This document shows positions 12,375 through 24,359 of a stretch of 64,000 nt of DNA, piece by piece (position 1 is the first letter of the stretch; each line of letters starts with the position of its first letter). This DNA comes from Octopus bimaculoides (lineage: Eukaryota). The position numbers and the translations under genes are program-made. The stretch is from contig NC_068989.1 of assembly GCF_001194135.2 (NCBI RefSeq), forward strand, positions 75,150,065 to 75,214,064, given 5' to 3'. The notes under the pieces are model-generated. The model was not told where the DNA came from. It did not search any database and was given only the letters and a program-made list of their open reading frames with translations.

Positions 12375-14215
12375 GATGTCTGGAAGGACTGGACGAAAGT
12401 GGTTAGCAAAGATGCAAGAACAAGACGTCGGGTATATTTATAGCAAAGGAAAAAGGTGAAAAGAAGTTTGCCAATGTTTTAAGATGTGAAGATGAGAAGT
12501 GTTGGGCATGCTAGATTGAGAGGTAGAGTATGAAAGATAAGAAAACCAGAATGTTGTGGAGTGCATACTGAATGAAAAGGAAGAGGTACATAAATGCTCT
12601 TATGAGTAGAATGATGAGTATTGCATAGGAGAGAAAGGGTCCAACATAAGTATACCCAATCATAGAATGAGCCAAGTTGACACTATGGTGAATAGAGTAG
12701 TTAAAGATAAGAGGGCAGGGTAGGCACCCTGTCTATCAGGAATTACTGTTGAAATGGTTAAAATGTCTAGCAAAGTGGTGCTTGGACCAATCACTTCCAT
12801 AATAAATTAAGTAGTACAAGAGGACGTTCATATCCAATGGTTAGCATAGCAGCTGCATCAAGTATGACAAGAATAAGATGCACTAAAGAGAGGAAGCTAC
12901 AGAGGTGTTTGATCAAATTATGAAAGTTACGGAAAGAGTTATAGCTGTAACTCAGTTGAATAGGAAGAGAAGAAACTGAGATGAAATGTAGTTTGGTTTT
13001 GTGCCAGAAAGAAGTATTTCTGATGTCATCTTCTCGGTGAAACAACTACAGAAGTACTTAGTACTCAAGAGTAAGCCTCTATACCTGGCATTTGTTGACT
13101 TAGAGAAAACATTTGGCAGGGTTTCATGCCCAGTGAGCTGGAAGTCAGTGATGAACTAGGGTTAGATGAAAGACTTGTGAGAGCTGTATGAGATATTCGG
13201 AAGCATAGCAGTGTATTCAGCAATGAATTTGATGTTCAAATTGGAGTCCATCAAGGCTCACTTCTCAGCCCCTTTCTGTTGTAGTCCTCCAAGCTACATC
13301 AGTAAAATGTTAAGACCAACTGTGTGAGAACTCCAGTGTGCTTATGACATATTTTTTTTTATCGAATCTACAATAGAATTAGAGAAGAAATTCTTGATAT
13401 GGAACCAAAAAAAAAAATCAAGGTTCTTCAAAGTAAACTTAACAAAGACTAAATTATTAGTTAGTAAGAAGAGAAGACAAGACTCTGCTACTATCAAGGA
13501 AATGACTATGCTGTGTATGTAGAAAGGGAGTTGGCTAGAATTCCATATGGTGTACTCATTGCAAACTGGATGTCCACGAGATTTGGAGGTTATAATGGAA
13601 TCAACAAGCAAACAACAAAAAGAGTAGACGTCACATGCAGCAAGTGCAAGGGGGCAATAGGTACTAATAATACAAAACTGACTAGGAATGATTGATAGCT
13701 TCTGTTACCTAGGTGACCTATTTAACAGTGGTGGTAGGAGATCTGAAAGCAGAGTAGCCAGTATAGGAAGGAGTTGGAAAAAAGTTCAGGGAGCTGTTAT
13801 CTCCTTCAGAATGAAAGGAAGACTGTATGATGCTTGTATATGAGGCAAGTGCTGTATTGTAATGAATGCAGAAGATTTGCAAAGGTTCGAAATTAAGCAG
13901 TTTTCCTCCACTGGATATATAACTTTAGTGTGCATGAATGACGGAGTTCAAATGAACTGATAGAAAAGCTGAAGAGGATATAGAGGAAGTGTACAGGAAA
14001 GATGATGATATTGGTATAGAGGAGGACAGTTGTGTAAATAACTGCCACATGTTCGCAGTAAATGGAATCTGCAGAAGAGGGAGACCAAAGAAGGTTTGGG
14101 ATGAAATGTTGAGGATTGATTTGAAGATGTTGCTTCTCACAGGGATGATAAAGTTTCATATTGATTGGTAATACATAATGCAGAAGACTCACCCATCCAG
14201 GCTTGGTAAAACACA
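12375..14215 (+). mobile_element. Older, heavily decayed RTE LINE
   Basis: Remnants of KKFANVLR, SGITVEM, FGFVPERS..QLQ, LYLAFVDLEK, GVHQGSLLSP and ICRRGRPKKVWDEML. Confidence 0.85.
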
Positions 14216-14714
14216 TTAACTTTTGGATGTGTGTATCTATCTACTACATATTATATATATATATAGGCATATATCTACATGTATGCACTCATGTATGTAT
14301 AAGTTTACATATGTGTATATCTCCACATAATAGTGTAGCCAAATCTACCTTATTGGCATCTCATCCCTCTAACATTCCTATTGTTTCCCTGTCTATCATT
14401 CACCTGTCTGTTGCACATCTTTCTTGTCACTCATCATTCATGTTACCATCAACTTTGTCTCGATAGCCTGTGCCTTCATAACTCGAACATCTTGTGTCCA
14501 TGCTCCTCTTGCTCATCTCTCAATCATGCACTCCTCTTCTAACTGTTTCATGCTGGTGGTATGACAAAGAATGGCAATGGATTTCTATTCACTGTATATT
14601 GCTTCCACTGTAACAATGAATATCATTATATCTATATGATCCACTCATCAACGCTCCATCTGTTCTCATCCTTATCGTTCTGACTTTTACATTCATTCAT
14701 CTTGTGGCAGATGT

Positions 14715-14937
14715 TTAACCTTTTAGTATTCAGAATTACTGTTAAATGTGATACTTATTTATTCACATTGTTTTGAATTAATCATGCATGATCTTGTAGC
14801 TATGAGATTTTGATGATGTGATTGTCTATTTTTAGCATAACATTGCAGGCTAAATGTGAGAAGCCAGACCTGGCCAGTTTAAACATAATATAGAATATCT
14901 GGGCTGGATATGGCTGGTTTAAATGCTAAAGGGTTAA
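14715..14937. mobile_element. piggyBac-type MITE
   Basis: TTAA|CCTTTTAGTATT..AATGCTAAAGGG|TTAA: TTAA target sites with terminal inverted repeats. Confidence 0.75.
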
Positions 14938-15048
14938 GGGACTTCATCAGATATGCAATGCACATGCAAGAAATTAAAAATATAAAATGGTGACAATTTA
15001 CCCATCGCACCCTGTATGTGTGTGTGTATATTTTATATATATATATTT

Positions 15049-15089
<41 letters not shown>

Positions 15090-15503
15090 CCCCAAAATGG
15101 AATGACAACGAAAACATATGGACAGATGGATGCTATAAGGACGGACAGGAAAGCCAGGACAGAACAGTCGTGGCTTTCTATTCATCAGTCAAGCTTTCAA
15201 TTATCGCTACAGTTTCGGCCTGTTACACTTGAGACTGTTCAAAATTGGTAGGCCCCAAAAATCTAAGCTAAGGGCATTAAATTTTTGGAAGAAAGGTGAA
15301 TATGTGCGACAACACGGACAAAAAAAAAAGACGAGAAAACAGAGAAACTGTTACACGATTACAAAAAACAAGAATAACAGCAGGTGTCTTTCGACTAAAA
15401 GGACAAGTTAAGTTAACCTGGTGTACTTTGTTTTGGTATCTGGTTTGCAAGATTCTTTGTGAACTTGTCTGTTGAAGCAAATTATGTTGTGTCCGGGGAG
15501 AGT

Positions 15504-15769
15504 CATATTGTCTTAATGCCTTATTTAACACACTCACCGGTTCAATTTCCACTCATTATTTATACTTCTTCCAAAATTTTCATTAATTTTGCAACCTTAT
15601 CAATGGATGTTGACTCTGTCTATTATTGGAGCTCTGGTAATGGACAGTCAACATCCATTGACAAGGTTGCCAAAGCAATGAAAATTTTGGAAGAAAAATT
15701 ATAAATAATAAATGCGTGGAAATCGAACTGGTGAGTGTGTTGGATAATAAGGCATTAAGACAATATATG
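15504..15769. repeat. 266-bp imperfect palindrome (foldback element)
   Basis: Arm 15504-15625 is the reverse complement of arm 15638-15769, centred on GAGCTC at 15629-15634. Confidence 0.92.
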
Positions 15770-16454
15770 TGTGTGTGTGTATGTATATATATATATATAT
15801 ATATATATAAACAATATATGAGTATATGCATATATATGTACATGTATGTATATACGTTCATCTACATGTACATATAGATACATAACTGGGTACATGACGT
15901 GGCAAAAGAACAAGGACAAAATGGTAAACAAGGTGCAACAAACAAGCAGGCCACATAGAAACATCCCCTTCATCAGCTGCCACCATTAAAACTCCGGCGT
16001 TTCGAAGAATCAAGGCAGTACGCATCGTTAAAATGGTTCTTCCCACGAACACAAATTAAATTGTTTTCGTGGAGGGTAGTGGCGGACGGAAAACAAGACA
16101 GGAAAACAAAACGGTGAAATAAACAAACAAAAAGGCTGTGCAGCCAGACGTGAAGTGTGTATGTCTTGAATGCTGTGAAGCACGTACAGGAGGGGCAAAG
16201 AAGTACGTGCGAGCTTGGTGATTCCAAGAACGAAAAGAAATAGCAGCCGGACACACGTGCCAAGGCTGTGTGAAGAGAAAGAGTAGCAGAGGGAAAAGGA
16301 AGGGAGGAAACACACACGCACATATATATAGTTGTGGTTGTATATAATGTATGCATGTATGTGTGAAAAAGGAGGAGACAAGTTCAAACACCTTCATCAA
16401 CTTAGCCTGTCATCTTCTCATGATCAATAAATAAAGAAAATATGTCATCAAAAT

Positions 16455-16805
16455 GTGCAGGCGTGGCTGTATCATAAGAAGCTTTCTTCCCAACCACATG
16501 GTTCTAGGTTCAGTTTCACTGCATGGCACCTTGGGCAAGTGGCATTTAGTATAGCCTTGGGCTGACCAAAGCCTTGAGAGTGGATTTGAAACTGAAAGAA
16601 GACTATTGTATATATTTATGTGTATATACCTATGCGTGTCTTTGTGTGTGTGTGTTTGTCCCCCACCACCAGTTGACAATTGATGCTTATGTCTCTGTAA
16701 TTTAGCAGTTTGGCAAAAATAGACTGGGGTCAATTTGTTTGACTAAACCCTTCAAGATGGTGCTCTAGGATGGCCACAGCCCAATGACTGGAACAAGTAA
16801 AAGAT
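16455..16805 (+). mobile_element. tRNA-derived CORE-type SINE (octopus OR-like)
   Basis: GGCGTGGCTGT..GGTTCAGT head, MIR-CORE-like GCACCTTGGGCAAGTG, and tail GGTGCTC..GCATGGCC..AATGACTG..AAGTAAAAG. Many copies, for example 27000-27310(+), 39290-39570(-), 39575-39745(+), 41225-41420(+), 41920-42160(-), 50390-50745(+), 53480-53665(-), 62085-62510(-), 63120-63495(-). 3' halves occur at 6970-7170, 25400-25635, 37490-37640 and 62599-62720. Confidence 0.8.
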
Positions 16806-17162
16806 AAAAAGGTAAATCCAGGGCATTTTGAATTGTCAGAATGTTGATGTGTCGTACAAGAACTTTGTTCCATCTGAGTTCAATCTCATCATCTGCATCT
16901 AGATAAGTGCATGACTAGCATGGCAAAAATAGGCTTGGCAAGTCCTTATAACAAAGTGCTAGATTATTGCAGCTGCTCATCTTACATGTCAATAAACCAG
17001 CAGGCAAGAGGAGAACATAAAGAAGTATTTATATCTATGTGGATATGTATGTGTGTGTCATCAATGTCTACTTTTCCATGTTTATGGGTCAGATGAGAGT
17101 ATATTTGGATAGTTTTCGGCAAGTTCTTCCTATACATACTTATGTAAATGTGTATGTGCGCA

Positions 17163-17199
<37 letters not shown>

Positions 17200-17449
17200 T
17201 TATAGGGCAGATGTGGCTGTGTGGTAAGACGTTTGCTTCGCAACCACATGGCTTTGGGTTCAGTATATATGTCATCATCATCATCATCGTTTAACGTCCG
17301 ATTTCCAGGCTAGCATGGGTTGGACGATTTGACTGAGGACTGGTGAACCAGATGGCTACACCAGGCTCCAATCTGATTTGGCAGAGTTTCTACAGCTGGA
17401 TGCCCTTCCTAACGCCAATCACTCTGAGAGTGTAGTGGGTAAACGACCA

Positions 17450-17646
17450 TGTGACGCGGAATGGCTCCTTTAGCGCATCGCATGTTTGACACAAATATAA
17501 AAGAATGAAAAGAGGTTAAATGAGTATAAGTGCCAAGAAGGAAAAGAGAGAGACACAACTAGTAAAAGATATAAAAGACATGTTTTATTGAATGTCAACT
17601 TGTATGTGTGTGTGTGTGGGTGCGACATAATAGACACGCCGTCACA
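17450..17646. mobile_element. 197-bp LTR-like unit
   Basis: TG..CA ends with perfect 7-bp inverted termini TGTGACG/CGTCACA, and AATAAA on the minus strand (17584-17589). No TSD seen. Confidence 0.35.
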
Positions 17647-18419
17647 TAAACAAACGTGTACTTATGTGCAAGATATACAGAGCACAGAAAAGGACATTAG
17701 AAGAAAGTCCATGCACAAGGATGGGAAATACCAGTTCATATCCAGTGGTACACTGTAGTTGAAGTGCTATACCAAGAAGTTGTGACAGCAAGGCAGAGCC
17801 GACGAGATACATGTCGTGAGAAGTTGAGGCTTCAATGCTGCGGCCGGTTACTTGGTACAGGAGTTCTTGCAGGTTGTATTTGCTGTTAACCATGGTGAAG
17901 CAATTCACAAACTGTGGAGAAAGCTGTGAGAGCGTTGCTGGTTGGTGTGTGCGTAGAGAAGTTGGTGTAGATGCTGGCGGTGGTGACGAAGGGGTTTGCA
18001 GTAAACAGTTGAACGAAATGTTCGATCTCCATGAAGCGTCGGTGGAACTGGCTGTGTGCTCTGTGGTCAGCGGCTAGACCTCAGAAGGTCTGGAGCCAGG
18101 CTGACAAACGGGATGATGGAAAGCGGGATTTTAAACCATACCATTGGCTCAACTGGCGTTCAGAAAAACTGTCCCATGAGACAGAACAAGAGACAGAAAT
18201 ATGCCAATACCAACCAATAGGAGTGGTGGACACAACAGGGTCCAAAGATGTGGCCGAAGGCTAGCAGTTATCCACTACATCCACACTCATGTATATATAA
18301 GAGAGAGAGAGAGAAGCATGCTACAAATATATATGTATGTATGAATATATATATATATCTACATGTATATGTATATATGTAAAGGTGGCATTGTTCTTAT
18401 CTAGATAATTATTGGAATA

Positions 18420-18770
18420 ATTAGAATATGTGCTTTTGTTTTTGTTGTACGGGATTCGATATTTATATCCTGCCTTCTTAAGTGCTAGATTATAATAGTC
18501 TTTGTGCTTGTTAAAAATTTCCTCATTGGATGATAAGTTAATTCTACTTTCTATGTCAGAGGTTAGATTATTTATAATATAAGGATGGTTACTTTGTGCA
18601 TGTATGTATGTGATATTGTTATTAGGTTTATGGTAAGGTTGATAAGAAGATGTGTTAAAGTTAACGTCAAGGAAGTTCACTGAGTTGTAATCTTTTTCAA
18701 TGGACACGACTAGTCCTTGGTTTTTGAAGTTGTGTAATCTTTTTTTTGTATAGCTCAAGTTTTCTGTTGG
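18420..18770 (-). mobile_element. Penelope-like RT C-terminal (thumb) fragment
   Basis: FKNQGLVVSIE..VNFLDVNF..YQPYHKPNNNITYIHAQSNHP..RINLSSNEEIFNKHKDYYNLALKKAGY, typical of PLE RT motif 7 and thumb. Confidence 0.88.
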
Positions 18771-19149
18771 AGGTATTTCTAGCCTAAAAACTGTGCGTCG
18801 TCATGATAAAGACCACCTTCCAATTCAGGGAATTCTTCTTTGAGTAAGTGTAAAAGGTAAATTCCAACTATATGTGTATATGTATATATGTGTATACATA
18901 TATGTGCATATAGATGTATATGTATATATACATATATATGTGTGTGTATATGCATATATATATATATATTTTTATTATTTATGCACTCTTTTAAAGCCTA
19001 GCCAGGCTCATGGGCCCGGTTTCCTGGTTTCTATGGCGTATGTGTTCCCCCCCAGCTGGACAGGACGCCAGTTCATTGCAGTGTTACTCAAGAAACAGGA
19101 AGAAAGAGTGAGAGAAAGTTGGGGTGAAAGAGTACAACATATATATATG

Positions 19150-19350
19150 TATTTATGTATATATATAGATATGTGTGTAGGTATGTATATATAGATATAT
19201 ATGTAGGTATGTATATATAGGTATATATGTAGGTATGTATATATAGATATATATGTAGGTATGTATATATAGATATGTATGTAGGTATGTATATATAGAT
19301 ATGTATGTAGGTATGTATATACAGATTTGTATGTAGGTATATACGTATGT
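19150..19350. repeat. Minisatellite with a ~26-bp unit GTAGGTATGTATATATAGATATATAT
   Basis: About seven tandem imperfect copies read directly from the sequence. Confidence 0.85.
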
Positions 19351-19363
19351 ACATATATGTATT

Positions 19364-21915
19364 AACAAACCTAGATCAGAACATCAACATACTCTTCCTG
19401 GGTGATTTCAACCTTGCACATGTCAAATGGCCAGAAGGCCACATCCTCTCTGGGATGTCACTGCGTGAACAAAAGTATGTAGAATCATTACTTGAACTTA
19501 CTAGTAAGCTATTCATGGAGCAAGTGATACTCAGGCCAATGTGGGGGTAACAACATATTGGGCCTATGCTTCACAAATAATGTGGACCTTATTCATAATG
19601 TGAAGGTGACACCAACGGCACTCTCAAATCTCAACATTGTTGTACTAACTATGTATTGTCCTGTGCGAACTGTTGGTATTTACCCTATCAGGAGGACTCA
19701 AGCCTTATCCAACCTGAATTTCCATAAAGCAAAATGGGAATAAATCCGCAAAGAGATCCACAAACGAAAGTAGTCCGACATTCTCTGTATGCAAGACATT
19801 GATCTGAAACTCAGTCAGTTTAATGTTAACAGTGCAAAGTATATGCACTAAATGTATTCCTGAAAGAAAGGCCAGTGCACTGTCAAACCAGATTCCCAAA
19901 GACAGAAAAATGCTCATGAGATGCAGGTCAAAGATCGCAAAGCAGCTGAATAGGCAACTGAAGGATAGAGAGAAGTCTGTTTTAATATGGATGCTCCTAG
20001 AAATTGAAAGCCTGATCAAATTCTCATGAAAGGGAAAGAGCAGAGAGAGAGAGAGAGAGAGAAAAGGGCTGTGGAAAGTATAAAAACAAATCCCAAAGCT
20101 TTCTATAAATTCACAAAGGAAACAGCCTCAATACAATATAAAATGGGACCATTGTTCCAAGGGAATCACTCACTGATGGCAGACCCAGGAAGGATAAGTG
20201 AGATACTCAGTGAACAATTTAAAAGTAACTTCACTTCCCCAGTTGGACACGTGCAGATAAAAAATCCAGCTGAATTCTTTGATATTGCAGCTCTAAGAAA
20301 GGAGGTGCCCGCCATCAATTGCATCAACATTGAGGAAACAGATGTAATAGCGACCATAGATGAAATGAGCTCATGCTCTGCCACTGGTCCTGGTGGCTTC
20401 CCAGGTATTTTTCTAAAGTCATGTAAGCAGGCTTTAGCAAAACCACTTCAGAGATTTTTCCAAAGTTTCCTTGCAAGTGATATACTTCCTAATTAGCTGA
20501 AAGAAAGCATTATATGCCCTATCCACAAAGCTGGAAGCACAGTAGAGGCCAAAAACTACAGGCCAATCTCTCTGACTTCGCATATCAGTAAAGTCGTGGA
20601 GCGAATCAGCAGAAAGTAGTTGATAATGTTCCTAGAAGAAAATGACCTACTCAACAATACTCAGCATGGCTTCCATCCAGGAAGAAGCTGCCTCACACAG
20701 CTCCTGCAACACTGTGACGGGGTTTTGAAAACAGCTGCTTGACCATTCAGATGTTAGTGTGATATACCTTGACTTTGCAAAGGCATTTGATAAAGTAGAA
20801 CATAGCATGATGAGTCATAAGCTACGAGACCTTGGCATCACTGGTAAACTGGGAGAGTGGTTGCATGACTTCCTTAAAAACAGAAGTCAGGTAGTTGCAG
20901 CCAATGGTGCCCTTTCTGAGGAAACTCAAATCCTAAGTGGTGTCCCCAAGGGAACTGTTCTGGGGCCATTACTATTCATAATAGCCCTCTTAGACATGCT
21001 CACAGTCAGTCACTTGGACAGCTACTGTCACTAGCTATGCCGAAGATACAAAATTATCACAGGCAATACAAAAACCAAGATGATGTTGCAAGTTTACAGT
21101 GGGACCTAAACTCAATATACAAGTGGGCCGAAATAAAGAACATGCAGTTTAATGTTGGAAAATTTCAAGCACTGCACTATCAACACACGAATACAGTACA
21201 ATTTACATTTACAGGACCTGAAAGTACTACAATCCCAGAGTCACAGGCAGTTAAAGATTTGGGGATTAGTATGTGCAATGACGCATCATTTCATATGCAT
21301 GTAAGCAAGATGGTAGCAAAGTGTAGACAGCTGGCAGGATGGATACTGAGGTCCTTCAAGACAAGGGACCAAGAAACTATGTTGACCCTGTGGAGAACCT
21401 TTGTTCTCAGCTGCCTGGACTACTGCTCCCAGTTACGGTCACCACATATTGCCAAACTAAAAGTGGAGCTTGAAGCAGTCCAACATCACTACACTAAAAG
21501 GATTGAAACAGTGCAGCAAGTGAGCTACAGGGATAGGCTGAGAGAATTCTAAGAAAATCCTAGAAGGGCTAGTACCTAACTTTAGCATTGAATGTTATAC
21601 AAATGCCAGAACTGGCTGCCATTGTATTGTACCAAAGGTACCATCCACTCCATCTAAATTCAGGACCAGGTGTTGCAATAGTCTAGGGTTCAAATGTCCA
21701 TAGCTCTTCAATGCCCTGCCAAAAACATGAAGAAATTTGCATAAGGTGGAACTAGTTGTCTTCAAAAGGGAATTAGACATTCTCCTCTCTACAATACTGG
21801 ATGAACTGACAGCCCGACATGAGGTACAGACGAGGGCAGCAGAATCAAACTCTTTTAAACACCAAATGTACCAACAGCTGGGATAAAGGCACATACAGGA
21901 GTGGTGATGTCAAAC
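19364..21915 (+). mobile_element. CR1-like LINE ORF2 (APE C-terminus plus RT), 5'-truncated and inactivated
   Basis: ILFLGDFNL; SATGPGGFP; NYRPISLTS; QHGF; YLDFAKAFDKVEH; SGVPKGTVLGPLLF; catalytic YADD degenerate as YAED near 21036-21047; multiple stops and frameshifts. Confidence 0.92.
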
Positions 21916-22269
21916 ACTCAGACTGAAGAAGTCAGAAAGACCATGGTAGTGCTCCAGCATGACCATGGCCACATGACTGAAACGAGTAAAAGAGTATATA
22001 TATGTATATACATACACACATATATATACATATATACATACGTACACACATAAATATACACATACACGCATATATATACATACATACAATGGCGTTAGGA
22101 AGGGCATCCAGCTGTAGAAACTCTGCCAAATTAGATTGGAGCCTGGTGTTGCCATCCGGTTTCACCAGTCCTCAGTCAAATCGTCCAACCCATGCTAGCA
22201 TGGAAAGCGAATGCTAAACGATGATGATGTATATATATATATATATATGTAGGTATATGTATACGTATG

Positions 22270-22308
<39 letters not shown>

Positions 22309-22339
22309 ATATATATGTATGTATATATTTACATAGGAG

Positions 22340-23130
22340 CCAGGAGCCAGTCAGGCGGGCCTGGCATTGATCACGTTTGGATGGTGCTTTTTACGTGCCT
22401 CCGGCACAAGAGCCAGTCAGGGAGTACTGGCATCAACCATGTTTGGATGGTACTGTTTACATGCCACTGGACTGGGAGCCAGTAGGGGGCACTGGCCCCA
22501 GCTACGATAGTGGTGTTACTTGACTCAACAGGTCTTCTCAAGCATATGATATCGCCTGACACACCAGGGGTATTCTTAACAGGGCCAGACATACGTGACT
22601 GCAATCTCACTTTAGTTGCCGGGTCTTCTCAATCTCAGCGTATCTCCAAAGGTCTCAGTCTCCTGTCATTACCTCTGTGAGACCCAATGTTTGAAGGTCA
22701 TGCTTCACCACCTCATCCCATGTCTTCCTGGGTCTACTTCTTCCACAGGTTCCTTCGACAGTTAGGAAGTGGCTCTTCCTCACACAGCTGTTTTCATTCA
22801 TACATAACGCATGGCCATACCAGCGCAGTCGCCTCTCTTGCATGCCACATTTGATGCTTCTTATGCCCAACTTTTCTCTCAAGGCGCTTACACTATCGTG
22901 TATGCACACTGACATTACACATCCAGCGGATCATACTAGCTTCATTTCTTTCAAGCCTACGCATGTCCTTAGCAGTTATGGCTCAGGTTTCACTGTCATG
23001 TAGCATGGCAGTTCGCACACATGCATTATACAGTCTACCTTTCACTCTGAGCGAGAAGCCCTTAGTTGCCAGCAGAGGTAGGAGCTCCTGAACTTTGCCC
23101 AGGCTGTTTTTACTCTAGTCGCTACACTCT
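22340..23130 (-). mobile_element. RTE LINE C-terminus and 3' UTR, cut by an assembly gap
   Basis: KLGIRSIKCGMQERRLRWYGHAL..GRSRPRKTWDEVVKHDL, then tandem GGCACGTAAAAAGCACC UTR units. Confidence 0.9.
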
Positions 23131-23899
23131 CATGATGCTTCTTGTCCATGGGGGAGGAGGAGGGTTGAGTTGGGTCTTGTTTGGATTATTTCGTGGGGGA
23201 AAAGGGTTTTTGTAGGGTTGGGGGNNNNNNNNNNNNNNNNNNNNNNNNNNNNNNNNNNNNNNNNNNNNNNNNNNNNNNNNNNNNNNNNNNNNNNNNNNNN
23301 NNNNNNNNNNNNNNNNNNNNNNNNNNNNNNNNNNNNNNNNNNNNNNNNNNNNNNNNNNNNNNNNNNNNNNNNNNNNNNNNNNNNNNNNNNNNNNNNNNNN
23401 NNNNNNNNNNNNNNNNNNNNNNNNNNNNNNNNNNNNNNNNNNNNNNNNNNNNNNNNNNNNNNNNNNNNNNNNNNNNNNNNNNNNNNNNNNNNNNNNNNNN
23501 NNNNNNNNNNNNNNNNNNNNNNNNNNNNNNNNNNNNNNNNNNNNNNNNNNNNNNNNNNNNNNNNNNNNNNNNNNNNNNNNNNNNNNNNNNNNNNNNNNNN
23601 NNNNNNNNNNNNNNNNNNNNNNNNNNNNNNNNNNNNNNNNNNNNNNNNNNNNNNNNNNNNNNNNNNNNNNNNNNNNNNNNNNNNNNNNNNNNNNNNNNNN
23701 NNNNNNNNNNNNNNNNNNNNNNNNNNNNNNNNNNNNNNNNNNNNNNNNNNNNNNNNNNNNNNNNNNNNNNNNNNNNNNNNNNNNNNNNNNNNNNNNNNNN
23801 NNNNNNNNNNNNNNNNNNNNNNNNNNNNNNNNNNNNNNNNNNNNNNNNNNNNNNNNNNNNNNNNNNNNNNNNNNNNNNNNNNNNNNNNNNNNNNNNNNN

Positions 23900-24359
23900 A
23901 ATAACCAAATCACAACCGACATCTACCACAAACCTACAAACTCACAACAATACCTCCTTTTCAGCTCATGCCACCCAAAACACACCAAGATAAATATCCC
24001 CTTCAATTTAGCTAAAAGAATTTGCACCATTGTCTCTGACCCAACCACTCGAGAAATACGCTTACAATACCTCAAAAAAACACTATTACAAAGCCAATAT
24101 CCCTCCACACTCATAGATTTTGGCATAAAACGTGCCAAGGAACTTGACAAAAACACACTAAAAACCAACCAACACAATAATACACCCAACCCCAAAATAC
24201 TTCCATACCCAAAACATCGAAGCATACACCACAATCCAACAAAACCTCCCCTTACTCACCACAGACCCGAAAATGAACAATTTCATTAATACACACAAAG
24301 TCCTTAAATGCAAAAGGCAACACAAAACTTTGAAAAAACTCTTAACCAATGCCAAACTG
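23900..24359 (+). mobile_element. Penelope-like RT thumb/linker fragment (tentatively Neptune/Poseidon-type) between two gaps
   Basis: A frame not in the ORF track reads ITTDIYHKPTNSQQYLLFSSCHPKHTKINIPFNLAKRICTIVSDPTTREIRLQYLKKTLLQSQYPSTLIDFGIKRAKEL. After a frameshift it continues NLPLLTTDPKM..KCKRQHKTLKKLLTNAKL. Confidence 0.88.

Noticed and set aside
15150-15235. Minus-strand CTGATGA-ATA-GAAAG with a strong adjacent hairpin (hammerhead-like)
   Set aside because: Helix II is absent, helix I has only about 2 bp, and the triplet would be CUU.
18874-19368. YI/HT/CV-repeat ORFs here and throughout the window
   Set aside because: These are translations of (TA)n, (CA)n and (TATG)n microsatellites.
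22345-22500. Repeat-spacer-like array of ~50-bp units
   Set aside because: These are tandem units of the RTE 3' UTR, not CRISPR; the context is eukaryotic with no cas genes.
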